DNA of 62,748 nucleotides, filler included, from Stramenopiles sp. TOSAG23-3 (taxonomy: Eukaryota), in the NCBI GenBank assembly GCA_900128585.1. It is 5 parts of 5 records of this genome, joined end to end, with 100 filler letters (N's around TTAATTAATTAA, not from the genome) between each part and the next. Parts side by side here need not be neighbours in the genome. Positions count along the whole stretch, not along the records: positions 1 to 19,531 come from LT642398.1; 4 more parts are not named here. One strand, 5' to 3'. The translations under genes and the position numbers were made by a program. Shown one piece after another: positions 1 to 11,541 of this stretch (position 1 is the first letter of the stretch; every line of letters begins with the position of its first letter). A model generated the notes under the pieces. It made no database searches and was not told the origin of the DNA. It saw only the letters and a list, made by a program, of their open reading frames with translations.

Positions 1-71
<71 letters not shown>

Positions 72-78
72 AGAAGAA
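1..78. repeat. (AAAG)n microsatellite
   Basis: Pure AGAA tandem array visible at the window start. Confidence 0.95.
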
Positions 79-503
79 GTGAACAAATTATTATTACTAT
101 TTTTTTTTAATTATTTTATTATTATTTTTTATTATATTTTATTAATAAAATTTATCTCCTCCTCCTCCTCCTTTCTTTTACTGACTATAATATTAAATAA
201 TTTTATAATGAATACCAAGGTAGGAGAAGAAATAAAAGAAAGAGAAAACAATTCGTTTTTGCCCTACCTCAGCTCTTTCTCAGGTGAAAGCGGCCAGGCT
301 TTAAGTAGTTAACCTCCTTTCGTTCTTCTTCTCTCTTTCAGTTTGTTTTCGGCCGGTTCGTTTCTATTTCGACCCCCCCCCCCAAAACGAATAGCTTAGT
401 TGCCCTCGTTAGTTAGTTCAAAGGAAAGGCCCGTTCGTTCGTTCGTTCTTCAACCAAGGGCGTGTGCTTGTGTGTGTGTGTGTACCGGTGTGGCGTACTC
501 AAA

Positions 504-1796
504 ATGCCTGACATTACGGGTCGGCAGGGGAAGCCACTTCTTCATAAGGGCCTTTTTTCTTCGGGGCGTCGTTCGGTGTTTTTGAGTTTGCACACCTTTT
601 TTATCACTCTTTTGCTCGGCTTGTGCGGCACGGACGTTGCGGTCGCCCTGGGGCCCATGGCCACTCGCATCGTCGGCCGGGTCGCGAAACAACGACTGAG
701 CTGGGAGCGGGGAAATGTCCCCCCAGGCCTCGCGAGCGAGGCAAAGGCCAGGTTTCTCGAGCAGACCACCGTAAAGGGGGGAAGGACCGTGACCCTGGGG
801 GAGATGGCGACGGCGGCCAAGGGGTTCGCCGAAAGCCCGCACGGAGAGTGGACGAAAGGGTTTCATTTTTGGAACGTCCCACAAGGGACCAAGGCCGTGG
901 GGTCCAGCACGGGAAGCTGTGGGACGGGCGATGCGACCCCGGCGCACCCATGCATTTGGAAGGCCTGTTTGAATTACACCGAGCGGCTGTTCAATGAGTA
1001 CGGGTCCCTCATTGCCGGGGCCTCCGGGACGCAGGCGTCCACCGGGGTCGAGGGCATCTCCAGCTTGGGGTTCATGGTCGACCTGCTCGCTGACCTGCAC
1101 AGCCCCGTTAGAATGGGGGCGACCGAGCGGTACGGGAGCAGCGTCCGCGTGAACGTGGACCTGAACGGTACCAAATTCTCTACCACGGAGTGGGGGCTCT
1201 GGGAGGAGGACACGTACTTGTCGCACGCATTAGAAAGCAAGGGGTTCCACAATTGGACCGACTACGCGGACTCCTTGCCGCAGAAGACGGTGACGCGGGA
1301 GAAGGGGTTTATTCAAGCGACGGCCGTGAAGTTTGGGGACATCGGGTGCCTGAACGACGCCGTCGCTACTGGGATGTTCTCCACGTGGGCCAACCAGTCG
1401 CACGCCCGTTTGGGTTCCCAGGCGTGCCTGGAGGCTGGGGGGTGCCCGGACGACTTTTTCAATTCCGTCCTTTTCGACGCCCTGGAGACTCAGATTTTGC
1501 TGTGCGCGTACCGGACGGCGAAGGCCGTCGATCTGCTGTTCGTGACGCCCCCGGACAACGTCGTCGGAGCATCCTGCCGCAAGAACATTCCCTTCAACCT
1601 CGACAACAATATCATGGCGATCAGCGTGAGCGCCGTGTTCGCCGTGGCCGCAATACTGTTTTTCTGCGTGTTTTTGCCTCAGATAAAGAAGGCCCAAAGC
1701 CCGGGGTTCAGCCGCCCCAACAGCCCCGACTCGCCCCTGTCGACGGGGAGCACGGAGAGCAGCATGTCTTACAAGACGATGTCGTTCCCGGAGTGA
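504..1796 (+). CDS. Hypothetical type I membrane protein (signal peptide, Cys-containing ectodomain, C-terminal TM, Ser-rich tail)
   Basis: Long GC-rich ORF; first ATG at 504. Hydrophobic N-terminal segment (FFITLLLGLCG) and a TM near the C-terminus (IMAISVSAVFAVAAILFFCVFL). No family recognised. Confidence 0.65.
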   Translation: MPDITGRQGKPLLHKGLFSSGRRSVFLSLHTFFITLLLGLCGTDVAVALGPMATRIVGRVAKQRLSWERGNVPPGLASEAKARFLEQTTVKGGRTVTLGEMATAAKGFAESPHGEWTKGFHFWNVPQGTKAVGSSTGSCGTGDATPAHPCIWKACLNYTERLFNEYGSLIAGASGTQASTGVEGISSLGFMVDLLADLHSPVRMGATERYGSSVRVNVDLNGTKFSTTEWGLWEEDTYLSHALESKGFHNWTDYADSLPQKTVTREKGFIQATAVKFGDIGCLNDAVATGMFSTWANQSHARLGSQACLEAGGCPDDFFNSVLFDALETQILLCAYRTAKAVDLLFVTPPDNVVGASCRKNIPFNLDNNIMAISVSAVFAVAAILFFCVFLPQIKKAQSPGFSRPNSPDSPLSTGSTESSMSYKTMSFPE

Positions 1797-2237
1797 GGGA
1801 GGAGGTGCTGGCTTGGTTGGTAGAGCGGGGTGTGCGTGCCACGCACTCTTTAAAACAATGCTTTTAGAGGGGGGGTAGTGCCGCAGACACAAATTAGAAA
1901 CGCGTTTGTTTTTTGATTATGTAGAGACCTTATATATGAAAAAAACATATTTTTATATTAGAAAACAAATTAAAAAACAAATTTACCATTAACGAACCCC
2001 GGATATTGCACCGCCGATCGAAATTATCACAATCGACCCTCCCCTGACATCTCAACCCACAGATAACAACCCCTTGACCAATTTTCAAGACAGACAACGA
2101 GCACCTAAACAACAAACAAGCCGCTGCTTGGAAAATGGTACAAGGATTGATTTATCTCTGAGTGNNNNNNNNNNNNNNNNNNNNNNNNNNNNNNNNNNNN
2201 NNNNNNNNNNNNNNNNNNNNNNNNNNNNNNNNNNNNN

Positions 2238-2458
2238 TTACAGAATCAAGTTAGGATTAGGGTACGACGAAGCTAAATTTAATTACTTAAATAACAGCCA
2301 ATTTTCTTGTTTTTATGTAATGGTATGCTCCACAGTATAAAAAAACTAATGATGATATCATTAGTATGAAAAAACAAATTATATATCATTAGTAGTATGA
2401 TATGTTATGTTTTAAGACTCTCAAGATTATCCCAATCGTAGAACTGATCTAATTTTGC
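2238..2458 (+). mobile_element. Copy of a dispersed MITE-like repeat family (modules C, A, B)
   Basis: 2238-2314 is a near-identical reverse complement of 60576-60647. 2406-2458 recurs at 23361-23418 and partly at 44203-44236. The contig begins inside this repeat. Confidence 0.7.
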
Positions 2459-2628
2459 TAAATATAAATGCTGCATAGTATATTTTTAGTAAATGATGGT
2501 GTACATATATCTCTTAGTCGTAATTTACAAATCTTTAAAAATAATTAAATATTCTCCAATCGAATGCGCCTCACAGTAGTTGGCGTGCGCGTTGTTGTGG
2601 GACTTCATACCACAACATGAATGCGCTC

Positions 2629-3285
2629 TCAAAACCCGTACCCGCCACCGTTGTCGTTCATGCACTGGACCTGGTGCGGCTCGGCACCCATGGACTGTAT
2701 TCGTACCTGCAACGCGTACTTTTCCTGTTCCGTCTTCTGTACGTACGCCTTAATCTGCGAGAGCGCAGCTTTCAAAGCATTCGCTTCTCGCCGGAGGACT
2801 TCCGTTTCCTGTTCGCATTTCTGTAGTTTATTGTTGTGCCACCGGACGGCACGCTTCAGGATGGTGTTCTCGGAGGCCAACGCTTCGGCTTTTTGCACCT
2901 GCACGTTCGCTTCCTCGAGCTCTTGTGCGTGCTGCTGTTTCAAAAATATTACTTGGCGCTCGCTGTACTTTGGCGAGTCCCTGGCGACGTCCGCTGCGGT
3001 CACCGCCCGGATGCGCTTTGTCATCGCAGTGAACGGCACGTTCGCCCCGTTGCCGCACGAAAAACTGTTGTAACAACGTTTGCGACTAGCCACGTGCGTG
3101 TTCACGTTCTCGTCCCCCCCTGCCTGCTTGAAACGATCACTGGGCACAAGCCTTCTTCGTTTCAACGGTTCGTACATGCCAAACCCGCCACTACTGGTGG
3201 CGTCCCCATTTACGTCGGTCAAAAGCGCCAGGCGTTCTGGCGAAGGAGCCAACATCTGGTGCACGCTACGTTTCGTCGACAACAT
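2629..3285 (-). CDS. Coiled-coil protein resembling the C-terminal region of plant CUE-domain ('ubiquitin system component Cue') proteins
   Basis: ENTILKRAV...EKYALQVRIQ resembles the ENxILKRAV...NNYAL motif of that family. It has a basic NLS-like PLKRRR; no CUE domain is evident. Confidence 0.6.
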   Translation of the reverse strand: MLSTKRSVHQMLAPSPERLALLTDVNGDATSSGGFGMYEPLKRRRLVPSDRFKQAGGDENVNTHVASRKRCYNSFSCGNGANVPFTAMTKRIRAVTAADVARDSPKYSERQVIFLKQQHAQELEEANVQVQKAEALASENTILKRAVRWHNNKLQKCEQETEVLRREANALKAALSQIKAYVQKTEQEKYALQVRIQSMGAEPHQVQCMNDNGGGYGF

Positions 3286-3289
3286 GATC

Positions 3290-3325
<36 letters not shown>

Positions 3326-3553
3326 TCGAGTGTGAGTACGTTAATGTAATGTTCCTGTACAAACTGTACGTACTGATTATGATGGTATGTTATTGTTATT
3401 GTCTGCACTCTATTTCTTTCTTTCCCTATACTTTCTTTCATTCTTCCTTCCTACCTTCATATCTTTTTCATTTCATTCATATTTTATACATCAATCAATC
3501 GATGAACAAATACGCAGAATCATGTTTTTTTGAACAACTATGACAAAATAAAG

Positions 3554-3687
3554 TCTTCTTCTTCTTCTTCTTCTTCTTTTTTCCTTCTTCTTCTTCTTCT
3601 TTCTTCTTCTTCTTTTTTCCTTCTTCTTCTTCTTCTTCTTCTTCTTCTTTCTTCTTGTCTTCTTCTTCTTCTTCTTCTTCTTCTTCT
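3554..3687. repeat. (TTC)n low-complexity tract
   Basis: Visible TTC array; similar tracts occur near 4510-4610, 45370-45420, 50955-51000 and 56745-56835. Confidence 0.9.
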
Positions 3688-4828
3688 ATATTAATTCTTT
3701 TAAAAGAACACTCTTTTTACAATGCTCTGTATATGTTAGTTATAGCAAGAATATTAGAAGATTTTGTTATTCGTACTCAATCGAAGAAGAAGAATAAGAT
3801 ATTTTAGAAAAAAAAGGAATTATATATAATATTATTAATTATACACACAATGGGTTTTAAATATATATTAAGATATATAAATCCTTAAAATTAAATAATG
3901 GACGTCATTCTATTTTTTTAACAAATTTTTATAAGGATACTACACAGCATTGGATTATTAGTTCGTTAAAATATCGCAGTTAGATGATCCATTTGTGTGC
4001 TATTTCCATACTAAATGGTAGTATTGTACTTAAAATATCTTTTCTATCTATGTGATATTATAAAATATATTAAAATGAACACCATTCTATTTTAATCAAC
4101 TATAGTATTGTTATGTATGGAATGTTATTTGTTAATAATAATAATTATTATATAGGAATATATATTTAACAAATCATTAATTAATTACAAGTACATTGAA
4201 TAATATAGTTATTTTCAATTTAGATTACAAATTACAATCATTTCAATTCAGAAGAAAGAAATCAATAATAATTATTAATTAATAATTAATATAACGGTCG
4301 TTCTTTATACATTTTAATTAATATTTCTTTTTATTTCCGAAATTTTATTTTAGTATTTTAGTATTTTGAATAGAAGTAGAAAGAAGAAGGTTGGTAGATT
4401 TCCTATACTGTACTTACATTAGTAGTATAATTGAATTATTATTTTTAGTTTTTAAGAAGCCTGCTCCCTTAAATGGTTAAAGCTACTCGTTCTATTTGCT
4501 GTCCTCTCCTTTTCTTCTTCTTCTCTTTTTCCCATCATCATCGCATTTTCTTCTTCTTCTTCTTTCTTCTTTTTTTTCTTTCTTTCTTTCTTTCTTTCTT
4601 CTTCTCTTTATTATTATTATTATTAGAGAAGTAGCCGTTGTTTTTTGTTTGTTTGAAGTTTGGTAAACACGAAAAACAAACTACGTTACGATTTAACAGT
4701 TAGCGTGCGGTGAACGACCCCCGCCCCCTTACAAATTCAACCGTTGAAATTCGTTCCCGATAGCAGACGTTATTGCTAAGGGTTGTGTGCGTGCGTGTGT
4801 TCTTTTTTTCAGATAGAAAGTCGGCACC

Positions 4829-7800
4829 ATGTCGGACGACGAAAACACGCTCGACCCCAATATGTTGGACCAAAAGTTGGCAGATATGGGCAGCAAAGTC
4901 AAGGATGTACAGCCAGGGGATGAAGAGGCAGATGATGATGCTTTAGGAGGAGACGATAGTTATGTCTCAGAAAACAGTGCTGCAAATATCGAAGATGAAA
5001 AAAAGGAAGCCGGAGAAATAGACGCCGGGGGAGCTGAAGGTAGAGCGGAAGAAAATGATGCGTTGAGCAACGCGTTAAAGGAAATTGGAGAAACCAACCC
5101 CGCAGAAGATGGGGATGGGGCACCAGCCACGCCCGACGACGACTCTGGAGCGGCGGCAAACGAGAGCGTGGGGGATGCAAACGAAGAATATAGCGGCGGC
5201 GACGTGCCAGATCAAGCTGGGGAAAGCGGCGGTGATGCGGCGGAGGCCGCCCCGGCCAACAACGCTGAAGAGGGCGAGGCAACTGCCGTAACGGCCGAGG
5301 AGGGCGGCGGCGAAGCGGCCAAGGGGGCAACCGATGGCGGCGCGACCATGGCGGCGACTTCAGAAGGCGAAGCAGTCGCTGGAGACGAAGCGGCAAACGA
5401 CAGCGAGGAGGGGGAAAAAGAAGAAGAAAATAGAGCAGGGGGTGAGCCAGAAAGTAGCAACCCCGACAACAGCACAGTTAGCAATGGGCAGACCACCCCC
5501 AATGAAGTTGGTGGTGCGGAAGAGGGCAGGCCAGGAGCCGAAGACGGCCAAGGGAACACTGAGGCTGCCAATGGGGGCGCAACTTCTGAGGGGAACACCG
5601 GCGCCGGTGCCAGCAAAAAGGAAGGGATTCACGCGGGCAAAGGAACAGAAGCCGGACCGGGGGAGAGGGGCGAGAACGGCGCCGCAGGGGGCACTGCTGG
5701 GGCGAAGGTAGACAACGGCGGCTCAGACGGCGATGCGCAGGCAACAACCGCCAGCGCCAATGGCGGCAAAACCATCATAGAAAACGGAGCTTTCCCGAAC
5801 GGGATCGTCCCGTTGCCCCCACCGTCATCGCCACCACCCCCTTTGACTAGAAAAGGCGCCCTTGCCGAGCTGAAGATGAAGCTGCTGCCGGTCAATGCAA
5901 GTTGGGGATCCCCTGCGCGGGAAGCTCCGAAGCTGATGCGCGACGGGAAAGGCAAGATCTTCGCACGGTTGCCTCCGCCCCCAGCCAACATCAGCATCGA
6001 AGACGTCAAGGGCCAAATACAAAGCATGGCCCAGGAGTTTCAAGGCATGAAGGACGGCAGACATCGGCGGCGCAACGCCCCCCCCCGAAAACGCAGAGGG
6101 AGAAATGGAAGGGGCCCGCCAGGAGCAAGGGAAAGAAAAATCCCCGCTCCCACCACGGGGAAGGCTGCGCCACTCTCGCCGGAGCAAGAAATGAAGCAGC
6201 TCGAAGGAATTCGTGATCAAAGAAAACGCGTCGAAACCCTCGCGACATCGTGGGGGGTCAGCACTGCTCCGTTAGTAGGCGGGACACCGGCCCCTGGTAA
6301 ATCCAAGTATGGGCGCGCTACTGGGAAAAAGGCACGGAAGAAGGATAAATCGACGGCAGAGGGGGGCGCCCAGGTCGAGGCGGAGGAGAAAGAGGACCCG
6401 TTGCACTGCGTGTTTTCGAGGGTCCGCGAACTGTTGCAAGCAAACCTGACGAGGGTCATTGACATGTTTCGATCGATGGACACCAACGGCGATGGGGTGC
6501 TGGAAAAGAAGGAAATGAGCATGGGACTGGGCAACCTAGGATTTACCCTAACGAAAGGTGAAATGACCAACCTGTGGCATGCCTTCGACAAGGACAATTC
6601 GGGAAGTGTCGAGTACAAGGAGTTGTATCAAATTTTAAGGGATTCTGTCAAGGATTCTGTGGATGCCGAAGAGTTGCTCGACAACGGGGAGGGGTCGAAA
6701 AACATGACCGCCAAGGAAAGGCGGCAACGGGAGTACCAGCTGAGGGTCCAGCGAGGGAAGAAAGAATCCAACCGAGAGCGAAAAGCGGCCAGAAAGCGAA
6801 TACTCATGTTCCAGCAGCGGCAAGACGAGAAGAAGAAGGCAGAAGAATCGGTAAAGCAAACCGCCCTAACTCAGCGAACAGTCAGCTCAAAAATCAGCGA
6901 AGAAGCGTCGAAAAGGGCCCGCGCCATGGCCAGAAAGCGGATTGCGGAAAAGAAGAAGAAGACGGAGGAAAAGGAAAGGAAAATGAGGGAAGCGGAAGAG
7001 AAAGCACTGAAGCAGAAAATAGTTGAGCAGCAAGGCATGGCGGCGGTCGGCCACATGCGCATAGTAAAGCGATTGAACAAAAGGATCCACAAAGTGAAAA
7101 GTGAAATTCAACTGGAAAACAAAATGGAAGAACAGCATGGAATGGAGGTGGAAGCGAACACATCCAACGACAAGGTTGAACAGGAGCTGAGAGCGTTCCA
7201 AGAGAGCCGCAAGCACAGCGAGCTTGCCCGCGAAACCAAGCGCCGTTTGCGCAAACAGAAAATGAGAGCCGTCAAATTAAGGGAAGAAGAAAAGCAGTAC
7301 CAACGGGACAAATTGCGAATGTATCAAATGCATAGAAATTATATGGAGGAAGTAGGGGCATCGGTTGGTGCCACGGTAGTCTCGCCGGTGCGAGTTCCAC
7401 GACGGTAAGTCCACTCAAAATCGAATCTCTTTGTTACGAAATGTACACTCACCATTCAAACACGACTGTGTTGAACCTGTTTTTCTCCGTCTCTTTTTTC
7501 TGTGTGTGATTCTTCTTCCCTACTCTTTAACGCCTGCAGCAACGAGGGTCTTGTCTTACCCGACCATTCGGTGCGCCCAAAGATTCGTAAAGAATTCTTG
7601 TACAAAGAGTGCGTTGCTTTTTTATTCACTTTCCAAATCCTCTTACCCTTACCTTATTTCACAGCCTTCCCCCCGTTTCCCGAATAACGCAAACAACTAA
7701 CACGTTACTTTTTATTATTTTCTTGTAGGCTGAGGGATTTGCCCACCGGGCAACCGAGCCCAGATGCAGTGCAACGGGCGGAAGAAGAGCTGGGCGCACG

Positions 7801-8482
7801 ACGTCGAGACGAGAGCCTGGAAGTTTTGTTTCAGCAAGCGAAACGGATCGAGGCCCCGGCATTTGTTGCTGGTGAGGGCATTGGGAACGACAGAGTGATG
7901 AACCTGTTCAAAGAGGGGCACACCGGGGGACCACTTAGCAAGTCGGTGTCTTCGCCTGTACTGCCCGTTGCGCACCGAAAGCCGCAACCGAGGCGAAAGG
8001 TATCCCGGGGGAAAAATCCATGGCGAAACCGGGCCCCAGTTCCTATTAAAAAGGTTGAAGAGTACACTTTTGGAAACGAACGTTCCAAGATGTTGATCGC
8101 CGAAGATGGTCCCCGGTGGAAGGAGTTTAAAGAGTCTGATAACAGCGTGTCGAGCCCACTGAGCCACGCGTGGCTGGAGAAAAATAGTGCTGGATCCCCC
8201 CCCAGGAGGCGCGCAAAGAAGAAGTACAAAAACGAAAGCGCGGACTCCCCACCCCTGGTCTCCATGGAGCCGATCGAAGGGGGTTATGCCCAGCAATATG
8301 CAATGTCGCAGCAGACGGGCTATAATTCTGCGCTTAAAAATGCTGGCTCTTCCATGATAGGGGGAAATAGACTTAATTCAAATGTAGGCATAGGGGTCCA
8401 ATCGTCTGTGTCCCTACAACATGACGTAAATCCTGCCGCCTTTCGGGCAAAGTACGAACAAATGAAAAAGGATTATCTTTGA
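4829..8482 (+). CDS. EF-hand and coiled-coil protein, about 1130 aa, 3 exons (4829-7404, 7540-7608, 7729-8482)
   Basis: Paired EF hands DTNGDGVLEKKE and DKDNSGSVEYKE, acidic disordered N-terminus, K/E/R coiled coil. GTAAGT donor at 7405, CAG acceptor at 7539, GTGCGT donor at 7609, CTAAC branch plus TAG acceptor at 7728. Splicing joins ORFs 4829, 7502 and 7739 in frame. Confidence 0.8.
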
Positions 8483-8968
8483 TGATGATGGTGAATGAAG
8501 AGAAAGGGGGAGGAGAAAATTAGAAACCAGAGCAGCTCGAAAGGTTTGGGGAAGATGTTTAAAAAAACAATTTTCGTATACTTAATCATTTTATATAGAT
8601 ATAAGTTGATGTTAAATTATAATAAAATGGTATATTATATACAGACATAAAGTAATGTAATTTCATAAAAAACCTATCTAAACTTAAAACCAAGTTAGCC
8701 GTCGGGGGCGGTGGGGGAATTCACATATTTATTATTATTGTTGATGATTGATGATGATAAAATAATAATAATATATTTTTTTTATATCATACATTTTTGT
8801 TTAGAAATTTTGCATCAAGAACGGAGAAACATGTAATAACGAAGGCACATGGATTACGAAAAGAAGGGAATGCACGCGTGAAGAGAAGACAATGAACATG
8901 TTATTTTCTTTCATTTAGGCAGGAGCAAAGAGCGATAATTTATATACTAAAAATGACAGGCGCTTACA

Positions 8969-10387
8969 ATGAGTGATGCAACGAGTATTCACTTCCAACG
9001 CCTCATTTCCCTTGCGAAGTTCCAGGAGGACGCTTTGAGAGTTGGGGCACCATCGTATTGGCAAGAAAAGGTTCTTGCCCACGCCAAAGTATCGGACGCT
9101 GAAAGGACAAAAGCAGAAAAAAACTCCGACTTTTCGGACATATACATTCCTTTAGCCTCGACAAAAATAAAAGAGACCGTAGATGAAGCAATTGCAGCTT
9201 GGGAAACGTTGGGGGGAAGGAACTCCTCCCAGACCTCGTCGTATGCAGACTCCCAACAAAGGCTTGCGAAACGGGTCGAGGACATCAAGAATTCAGTGCC
9301 TAATGTAAGCGAGGTGAAACGAGAATTGAGCGAGTCTCTGCACAGCGTCGAAGTATGCAACAGTGGCGTGGGGGCAGAAAGCGCATACACCGACAAGATA
9401 GAAGAGGCGAAGGGTTCCACGTTCGATATTCTGCACCCCTCGAACCAGCCGTCAGTCCCACCTCATCGTGCGAATGACGATCCTGTTTTACGGAGCATCG
9501 CACCTAGCAATAGGCATGGTGGTGCCGGCTCACATTCCTCAGGGAACGGTAGTATTGTACCCCACGACGTTGTCCTTGAAATCACTGTGTACTGCCCAAA
9601 AGCGACTTGCAGCAGGAAAGGGTCGGGGAAGCGCCTGTACCCGGCAAAAGCAAACACATTTCTTTTCCACTGGAACCAGTCCTTGTCGGAACTCCCAGCC
9701 GTGGTTCAGTGCTGGGAAGACAAACAGATAGAAAGGATGAATAATAGAAAGAAGACCTGCGCTTCTGGCGCGGGAGGTGGAGGCAATGATGGTACGGTGA
9801 AAAGGCCTTGGTTGAATCAAGCCTCTTTCATGTATATAGAAGGGAATTTCTTTGACGACGTAGCGCAAACGGAGGATGCCTCGGCACAAGGGCAGCGGCA
9901 AGGAAACGCACGCAAAAGACCAGGGGGCAAGCTTAGTTCCTCGCTATTGAAATTTTTGAACGCAGACCCCAGCAAGTTCCCCCATTTGTGCACCATGCAA
10001 AATTTTGTCTGTAAGAGCATGCGCGGTACAAAGTTCCGGGACCTTGCGATCCGCCTGAACACACCGTATGTATACTGCCACAATGGCGACTGTGAGCACC
10101 CTTTTGTGTTTTCAGACGTTCGAATGTTTGAGAGCACTGACCCAGGCCACCCCAGCATGTACCCGTTCCTTACCTTTCAGCGTCACCACAACCGCGCAAT
10201 CTGCTTTGGCTGCAAATCCTCGTTTGCAGACGTGATATGTCACGAGGACAGTGCGGTGGGACCTCTTCCGTGTCCACTGTGCACCAGTTGTTTTGAGGCA
10301 ACTCATGAAGTCTCAGCGGGCGGAAAAAACGCCCGAAAGAAACGAAAGTCTCACGTCCTAGAGCCTTACGTTTACGATGTGGAATAG
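8969..10387 (+). CDS. SNAPC3: snRNA-activating protein complex subunit 3 (SNAP50)
   Basis: IRLNTPYVYCHNGDCEHPFVFSDVR plus CxxC...CxxCF...H zinc finger typical of zf-SNAP50_C; SFMYIEGNFFDD motif. Confidence 0.9.
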   Translation: MSDATSIHFQRLISLAKFQEDALRVGAPSYWQEKVLAHAKVSDAERTKAEKNSDFSDIYIPLASTKIKETVDEAIAAWETLGGRNSSQTSSYADSQQRLAKRVEDIKNSVPNVSEVKRELSESLHSVEVCNSGVGAESAYTDKIEEAKGSTFDILHPSNQPSVPPHRANDDPVLRSIAPSNRHGGAGSHSSGNGSIVPHDVVLEITVYCPKATCSRKGSGKRLYPAKANTFLFHWNQSLSELPAVVQCWEDKQIERMNNRKKTCASGAGGGGNDGTVKRPWLNQASFMYIEGNFFDDVAQTEDASAQGQRQGNARKRPGGKLSSSLLKFLNADPSKFPHLCTMQNFVCKSMRGTKFRDLAIRLNTPYVYCHNGDCEHPFVFSDVRMFESTDPGHPSMYPFLTFQRHHNRAICFGCKSSFADVICHEDSAVGPLPCPLCTSCFEATHEVSAGGKNARKKRKSHVLEPYVYDVE

Positions 10388-10911
10388 AGAAAGGGTGGGT
10401 GATATTCGTAAAAATAATTTAGGTTCATGGGCGTGTTTGTAAAAGCTTGGGAAAATGCAGGGGGTTGTCGGCGACGTTCTCTTCCAATGCGCGCACTTAT
10501 GCGGCATAAACATCTTTCAGATAGTGGACTGGAAAAGTGTGATAAAATTTTACAACTTACTTCGCGTTTTATTAAAATTACTGCGCTATGATACACGAAA
10601 ATAATTTTTTACGAGAGTTACTAAGTTTATGTTAAGTATCCTACACCAAATATCTTACAATCTCTTCCTTTCACAAATGCTTGCCATATTTTGCTGTCGA
10701 AATGAAGTGGTGCGTCTTCCTAGCAGTGCGCACCAACAGCCTCATGTCCCGCTCTCCTTCCTCCCCTCTTCATTCTCTCGCACTCTTGTTCTACTGGTTC
10801 TTTACTATTGATTTTTTAAATTATATCGTCTACTACAACGCCGCTGCCTTGGTGCATAACTGCACGATTTTGCCAAAACGAACCGTCGTGAAAACAAAAT
10901 GACAATGCCTT

Positions 10912-11541
10912 TTACAACGTGGCCGAATTGGTAGACTTCTTTTTGCTCCTTCTCTTGTTTCCGGGCTGCATGTTGCGCCACTTATCCTTCAAATCCATTG
11001 TAGTGCGCTTTGCCTCGAACGCAGAGCGGTTTTCCCTAAGAATCGTAGCCCATTTGTTGCCATGTTTGCCGTGCCCAACCTTCAATGCCTCGACCTCCTC
11101 GGTGCTCCAGCGCTTCCGTGCCATTTTGTGCGTTCGCCTGTGCAAACTAGCCGTCGGCGCTTGCTTTCTCTTCTCTTTCTCGACGTTCGTAACGTGATCG
11201 CAGAAGCTCTCCACGTCGTTTTCGTCGTACTTATCGGCATATTGGGTCTTCAAACGCTTCCACTTATCTCCCAAGTGAAGAGACGTCCTATCGGGATGGA
11301 ATTGGAAGTTCATATCTGCAAGAATCTGTGCAAAGGGCAAAAACGTTTTCCCCTCATGGTACTGGTTCACAGCTTTGACCAGATCAATCGTCTCGAGCGG
11401 CGTCCATTTATGCTTCCGGTGAGCCCTCATTTTGCGCTTGCCGTTTGGACCAATCTTGGATGCGCGAACTTCCTTCTTCGCTTTCTTCGGTGCCCCGGAG
11501 GATCCGGAAGCCCCCGCGCCTCTCTTCTTTATCTTTGCCAT
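10912..11541 (-). CDS. Tandem Myb/telobox telomere-repeat-binding-factor-like protein
   Basis: Two Myb repeats ending RTSLHLGDKWKRL and RTTMDLKDKWRNM. LKDKWRN is the TRF1/2 telobox signature. Confidence 0.85.
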   Translation of the reverse strand: MAKIKKRGAGASGSSGAPKKAKKEVRASKIGPNGKRKMRAHRKHKWTPLETIDLVKAVNQYHEGKTFLPFAQILADMNFQFHPDRTSLHLGDKWKRLKTQYADKYDENDVESFCDHVTNVEKEKRKQAPTASLHRRTHKMARKRWSTEEVEALKVGHGKHGNKWATILRENRSAFEAKRTTMDLKDKWRNMQPGNKRRSKKKSTNSATL

